From an uncultured bacterium (GTDB lineage: Bacteria; Actinomycetota; Humimicrobiia; Humimicrobiales; Humimicrobiaceae), in the NCBI GenBank assembly GCA_965549355.1, contig CBEVGD010000001.1, positions 1 through 52,726 of the forward strand: 52,726 nt of DNA. The letters run 5' to 3'. The stretch's first letter is position 1; the number at the start of each line of letters is the position of its first letter. This document shows, in pieces, positions 49,228-52,726 of the stretch. Below the pieces are notes generated by a model. It was not told the DNA's origin and ran no database searches. It worked only from the letters and a program-made list of their open reading frames with translations. The translations under genes and the position numbers were made by a program.

Positions 49228-49922
49228 TTTAGCGATATTTTTAATACCCCGGTCTTTTTGCTTATTTTATCTATTATCTTTTCAGGGAGATCAAGTGTTC
49301 TGCTGTGAATATGAAAACTATATATCTTTTCACCGCTGCCGGGAGCAAGTTCATATTTCTTGCTTTTTACATCTGGATAAAGCTCCTTTAGAGCATTCTT
49401 GATCTCTTTAATATCCTCAAAATCTTCGCCTGTAGTTATTTTAACTATGTGAAGCGGCATATGGATGATGCGGGATTCCAGATATTTAAGAAAACTGAGT
49501 ACTACTAATCCGATTATAGTTGCTGCTATTGCCAGATAATACAATTTCGTACCGAGTGCCAGTCCAATGGCGGCTGATATCCAGATGCTTGCTGCGGTGG
49601 TGACGCCTTTTACCAGGATCCCCTGCCGGAATATTACGCCTGCTCCGATAAAGCCGATGCCCGTGACTACGCCGGCTGCGATTCTGGATGTATCAAGAGT
49701 TGCCGATGAGGAGAAACCCAGATAAGAGACCAGTGTAAATACTGTTGCTCCAAGGCATACCAATGCATGTGTTCTGAGACCTGCGGGCCTTTCATGTCTT
49801 TCCCTCTGAAGACCTATCAATCCTCCGAATATAATAGCAAGGACAGAGGGGATCAGGACATCAAAGACAATGTCAATAAGATTGAAATCAAATTCTGTAA
49901 GGAATCTTTCAATAAATGTCAT
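49224..49922 (-). CDS. MgtC/SapB-family membrane protein
   Basis: 232 aa. GGLIGLQRE...PAGLRTH.LV.LG...F and the GIGFIGAGVI motif, with a C-terminal ACT-like soluble domain. Confidence 0.8.
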   Translation of the reverse strand: MTFIERFLTEFDFNLIDIVFDVLIPSVLAIIFGGLIGLQRERHERPAGLRTHALVCLGATVFTLVSYLGFSSSATLDTSRIAAGVVTGIGFIGAGVIFRQGILVKGVTTAASIWISAAIGLALGTKLYYLAIAATIIGLVVLSFLKYLESRIIHMPLHIVKITTGEDFEDIKEIKNALKELYPDVKSKKYELAPGSGEKIYSFHIHSRTLDLPEKIIDKISKKTGVLKISLN

Positions 49923-50206
49923 TCTGGCGCTCCAAATTAATTTTTATTTTTAGTTACATTATATATTTTAACACATCCACCGTCTGGTGCATCCTATCTA
50001 TATTACAGGACAGTTTGAAAACAAATATATGTGGCAATCCTTCATGGTCCTGCTGCAGCCGCTTCTCAATATTTTCTATCCCCGGCCAAACAAGATCTAT
50101 GAACAGATTGAATTTATTAATAAAAAATATATAATAACACCTTTAAAGCCGGTGGAGATGGAGAGGTCCCCAATGCTGGAAATAAAAGAATATTTGGAAA
50201 GGAAAA

Positions 50207-51103
50207 ATGAAATTGTTTGAGAATACAGGGTTCAACAGGGATCATTATAGATCTTTCAAGGATCATAGTAATGAGTTAAAAGACGGAATAGGGGACCTTA
50301 AGGTCATATACACAGATCTTGACGGGACCTTTTTTAATGATCAGGGCTGCATAATAAAAGATGCAGAAGAAAAATATTATTTTGATGCTTTAAAGCTTCT
50401 TTCAAATATAAAGCAGAAGGGCTGGGAACTTGTGCTTGTATCAGGTAGAAATAAACACCAGCTCCGCTATAATGCCCAGATGATAGGAGTGGAAAACTAT
50501 ATTTCGGAACTGGGCTCAGAGCTGGTCTATGGTCTGGGGAAAGATGTGCATGTGACTTTTGATGATAATAAGGAGTGTTTCGACCTTACGTATAGAGGAA
50601 AGGACCTGATAAAGATAATAGATCTTTTAATGGAGGAATTTCCGGGAAAAATAGAGAGCCGGATGGAATGGAGCCGCTATCGTTCGTACAATGCTCTGTT
50701 TTTTGGTGAGATAGACCTCAGGAGGGCAAACGGCCTTCTTCAGAGAGAAGGTTATAAGGGACTCGTGCTGGTGGACAATGGTTTTTCGAAACTGATGGAA
50801 CTTGACCTGGATGTAGATAGGCTTCATATATATAATCTGATGCCTGCGGGAGTTACAAAGGCAAATGGTGTGAGGCTGGATAAGAAATTAAGAAATTTAA
50901 AAAAAGAAAATTGTATCGCACTTGGCGACTCTCTTGAGGATCTTAAAATGGCAGGAGAGGTCAAATATTTTTTCCTTATGAGGAATGCCCTTGAACACAG
51001 GGAGGAACTTGAAGAAGAGCTGGTTAAATATGATAATGTATATATAACAGAAAAAATAATGAACCGGGGCTGGAATGAGGTTATAAGCAGCCTGTTGGGA
51101 TGA
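50207..51103 (+). CDS. HAD-superfamily hydrolase (Cof/sucrose-phosphatase-like, IIB cap)
   Basis: 298 aa. Motif I is IYTDLDGTF, motif II LVSGR, and the C-terminal motif GDSLEDLKM. Confidence 0.6.
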   Translation: MKLFENTGFNRDHYRSFKDHSNELKDGIGDLKVIYTDLDGTFFNDQGCIIKDAEEKYYFDALKLLSNIKQKGWELVLVSGRNKHQLRYNAQMIGVENYISELGSELVYGLGKDVHVTFDDNKECFDLTYRGKDLIKIIDLLMEEFPGKIESRMEWSRYRSYNALFFGEIDLRRANGLLQREGYKGLVLVDNGFSKLMELDLDVDRLHIYNLMPAGVTKANGVRLDKKLRNLKKENCIALGDSLEDLKMAGEVKYFFLMRNALEHREELEEELVKYDNVYITEKIMNRGWNEVISSLLG

Positions 51104-51180
51104 GATACCTCAATGATATGAGAAATAATGGCCCCTCCCTCCCCCTTTGACCGATGGCAGACTCAATTTTGATTTATTTA

Positions 51181-51209
51181 TTGACATAGCAAATCTACTA
51201 TAGTAGACT
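51181..51209 (+). promoter_or_regulatory. Candidate promoter of the tRNA operon
   Basis: TTGACA (51181-51186), 17 nt, TAGACT (51204-51209), about 70 nt upstream of tRNA-Lys. Confidence 0.45.
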
Positions 51210-51277
51210 TTACGACTGCTAATTTAATTGGTCAGCTAATGGCCGGATGGTAAGGTTATTAGGTTAATGGTTAGCAT

Positions 51278-51353
51278 GGGCCGTTAGCTCAGTTGGTAGA
51301 GCACCGGACTTTTAATCCGGGTGTCGAAGGTTCGAATCCTTCACGGCTCACCA
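51278..51353 (+). tRNA. tRNA-Lys (anticodon UUU), CCA encoded
   Basis: Cloverleaf folded by hand. Acceptor GGGCCGT/ACGGCTC, anticodon loop CTTTTAA, T arm GAAGG-TTCGAAT-CCTTC, discriminator A. Confidence 0.95.
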
Positions 51354-51384
51354 GATTTTGTAAGTATGTGGTAAGTACGGTGAA

Positions 51385-51517
51385 GATGATTTGGGCGAAC
51401 ATGCCATTGGTGCATGTTTGCAGGATTCGAAAAGACGGACTGAGCTGAAAGCGAGGGAGTCTGCGTCTCTGCAGCGAGCAAAGCGAGACGAAAGAATGAA
51501 TCCTTCACGGTTCACCA
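51385..51517 (+). repeat. tRNA-linked structured element, copy A (ends in a 20-nt copy of the tRNA-Lys 3' end)
   Basis: 133 nt. Positions 36-119 are 78/84 identical to copy B. Hairpins at 51395-51421 and 51444-51452. The terminal GAATCCTTCACGGTTCACCA (51498-51517) duplicates 51334-51353 with 1 mismatch. Confidence 0.85.
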
Positions 51518-51523
51518 GTTATG

Positions 51524-51598
51524 GGCCTGTTCGTCTAGTGGTTAGGACACAAGGTTTTCAACCTTGCAACAGGAGTTCGATTCTCCTACAGGCTACCA
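51524..51598 (+). tRNA. tRNA-Glu (anticodon UUC), CCA encoded
   Basis: Acceptor GGCCTGT/ACAGGCT (G1-U72 wobble), anticodon loop TTTTCAA, T arm AGGAG-TTCGATT-CTCCT. Confidence 0.9.
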
Positions 51599-51602
51599 GA
51601 GA

Positions 51603-51678
51603 GGGCGCTTAGCTCAGTTGGGAGAGCACCTGCCTTACAAGCAGGGGGTCACAGGTTCAAGCCCTGTAGCGCCCACCA
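51603..51678 (+). tRNA. tRNA-Val (anticodon UAC), CCA encoded
   Basis: Acceptor GGGCGCT/AGCGCCC, anticodon loop CTTACAA, T arm ACAGG-TTCAAGC-CCTGT. Confidence 0.95.
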
Positions 51679-51700
51679 TTTTTGACCGGTTTAGTTTTGC

Positions 51701-51777
51701 GGAGCTGTCGTCTAGTGGTTTAGGACACATGCCTGTCACGCATGAGATCGCGGGTTCGAATCCCGTCAGCTCCGCCA
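51701..51777 (+). tRNA. tRNA-Asp (anticodon GUC), CCA encoded
   Basis: Acceptor GGAGCTG/CAGCTCC, anticodon loop CTGTCAC, T arm GCGGG-TTCGAAT-CCCGT, discriminator G. Confidence 0.95.
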
Positions 51778-51808
51778 GAAATTAATTGTGTTTAGGCGGT
51801 ATGATCGG

Positions 51809-51941
51809 AATGACTTGGGCAAAATATGGTGGATCCATGTTTTGCAGGATTCGAAAAGACGGACTGAGACGAAGTCGAGGGAGTCCGCGTCTCTGCAGCG
51901 AGCAAAGCGAGACGAAAGAACGAATCCCGTCAGCTCCGCCA
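51809..51941 (+). repeat. tRNA-linked structured element, copy B (ends in a 21-nt copy of the tRNA-Asp 3' end)
   Basis: 133 nt. Hairpins at 51819-51845 and 51868-51876. The terminal CGAATCCCGTCAGCTCCGCCA (51921-51941) duplicates 51757-51777 exactly. The duplication continues 20 nt past CCA (51942-51961 versus 51778-51797, 1 mismatch). Confidence 0.85.
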
Positions 51942-51985
51942 GAAATTATTTGTGTTTAGGCCAGTAGGGCCGTATTTTCTTGAAT

Positions 51986-52061
51986 GGCGAGATAGCTCAG
52001 TTGGTAGAGCAGTAGACTGAAAATCTATGTGTCCGCAGTTCAATTCTGCGTCTCGCCACCA
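51986..52061 (+). tRNA. tRNA-Phe (anticodon GAA), CCA encoded
   Basis: Acceptor GGCGAGA/TCTCGCC, anticodon loop CTGAAAA, T arm CGCAG-TTCAATT-CTGCG. Confidence 0.95.
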
Positions 52062-52404
52062 TTTCTCAGAGCTCTTTAGGGCTCTCTGGCTCCTGGCTCT
52101 TTGCCAACAACGTGGCATTCCTCCCAATAATATGAGTGGTTCAACTCTGAATTCAACAATTCTTAAATAAATTATCAATGGTATTAAACTGTCCGATTTT
52201 AAAGTATAAATAATCCACTAAATAAGTTATTGATGAATACCTTTATTGATCTAAAGATATTAACCGAAACTTGACTTCGCAAACAGAATTATAACCCCAC
52301 AAATTGTTCTGTTAAAAATATTGCTCCAAACTGGCTTGTTTAGTACAATTAATATCAGGTTTTATAATAAAACAGATAAAGTTACATAAAATAGGCGGTA
52401 AAAT

Positions 52405-52599
52405 ATGAGTTCAATAACGCTCGAAAAAATTAATGAAAATATTATTGCCCTAAGACAGGAGCTTAGCATAATAAAGGAATATATCGAAGAAGAGGATATG
52501 GAACTTTCAGACACTGCTAAAAAGAAAATAGATGATTCAAGAAAAAGGCCGCTTTCGGAAATGAAGTCACAGGAAGAAATAGAGCAAAAATTTTTATGA
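52405..52599 (+). CDS. Small acidic coiled-coil protein, putative type II antitoxin
   Basis: 64 aa. Its stop overlaps (ATGA) the start of a RelE/ParE-like ORF. No family recognised directly, so the call rests on context. Confidence 0.4.
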   Translation: MSSITLEKINENIIALRQELSIIKEYIEEEDMELSDTAKKKIDDSRKRPLSEMKSQEEIEQKFL

Positions 52600-52697
52600 T
52601 ACTCAAAATTATATGGGATCCGAAAGCAGAAAAACAACTCGATAAACTACCACGGGATATTTCCAAGAAGATTGTCAAGAAAGTTAAAGTAAATTAA
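52596..52697 (+). pseudogene. RelE/ParE-like toxin N-terminal fragment, stopped by TAA after 33 codons
   Basis: MILKIIWDPKAEKQLDKLPRDISKKIVKKVKVN-TAA has the typical RelE N-terminus (..A.KQLKKLP.DI.KRI...I). The frame stays open after the stop (SNHGTKTII...) until the window ends, so its status is unresolved. Confidence 0.4.
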
Positions 52698-52726
52698 TCT
52701 AATCATGGAACAAAAACAATAATTTA

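Noticed and set aside
49923-50206. An M-box (Mg2+) riboswitch in the long leader upstream of mgtC, plus the two plus-strand ORFs 49916-50134 and 49987-50220.
   Set aside because: The reverse-complement leader lacks the conserved M-box segments I recall (GUUAGGUGAGGCU and so on). The ORFs have no RBS or recognisable family. The 284-bp leader remains unexplained.
51436-51500. Possible hammerhead or other small self-cleaving ribozyme in the tRNA-linked element, suggested by the CTGAG...GAAA-like strings.
   Set aside because: The CUGAnGA core is not satisfied in either copy (CTGAGCT and CTGAGAC). I could not fit the stem II/III arrangement, and I cannot match twister or pistol cores from memory. 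This is left as an open question rather than a claim.
51391-51785. Two 73-aa plus-strand ORFs (51391-51612 and 51564-51785), together with the minus-strand ORF at 51930-52178.
   Set aside because: They run straight through the tRNA genes and the tRNA-linked repeats and have no RBS. They are by-products of GC-richer structured RNA sequence, not genes.
1-52726. CRISPR arrays, rRNA genes, transposases or integrases, and prophage genes.
   Set aside because: No regularly spaced direct repeats, rRNA-like sequence or recombinase motifs were found on either strand.

Overview
This is a 52.7 kb AT-rich bacterial chromosomal segment, probably from an uncultured anaerobe, using the standard genetic code with TAA as the commonest stop. 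Most of it is housekeeping and envelope or transport genes. These include ABC exporters, two P-type ATPases, two PlsY-like genes, PlsC, an LpxL-type acyltransferase, class II RNR with NrdR, an hspR-dnaK-cbpA/dnaJ-clpB heat-shock cluster, hemicellulose genes (CE7 esterase, xylulokinase, GH31) and a five-tRNA operon.

Two loci deserve the most attention.

1. In the tRNA operon, two 133-nt structured repeats each follow a tRNA (Lys, Asp). Each ends in a copy of that tRNA's own 3' end, from the T loop to CCA. Compensatory base changes preserve two hairpins between the copies. I do not recognise the element.

2. A tightly packed four-gene operon encodes a glycyl radical enzyme of unknown specificity, its radical-SAM activase, a PNPOx-like split-barrel protein and a GH31 glycosidase.

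Other observations:
- a 31-aa bS22/AURKAIP1-like ORF that is missing from the ORF track
- an archaemetzincin homologue with HGxxH in place of HExxH
- an in-frame TAA in a CPA2 antiporter
- a frameshifted heterodimeric ABC subunit
- a decaying accessory patch holding Fic and Tag remnants
- a short REP-like palindromic repeat family
- tandem NrdR boxes over the nrdJ promoter
- two toxin-antitoxin modules

No CRISPR array, rRNA gene or transposase was seen. All homology calls rest on motif recognition by eye, not on database searches.
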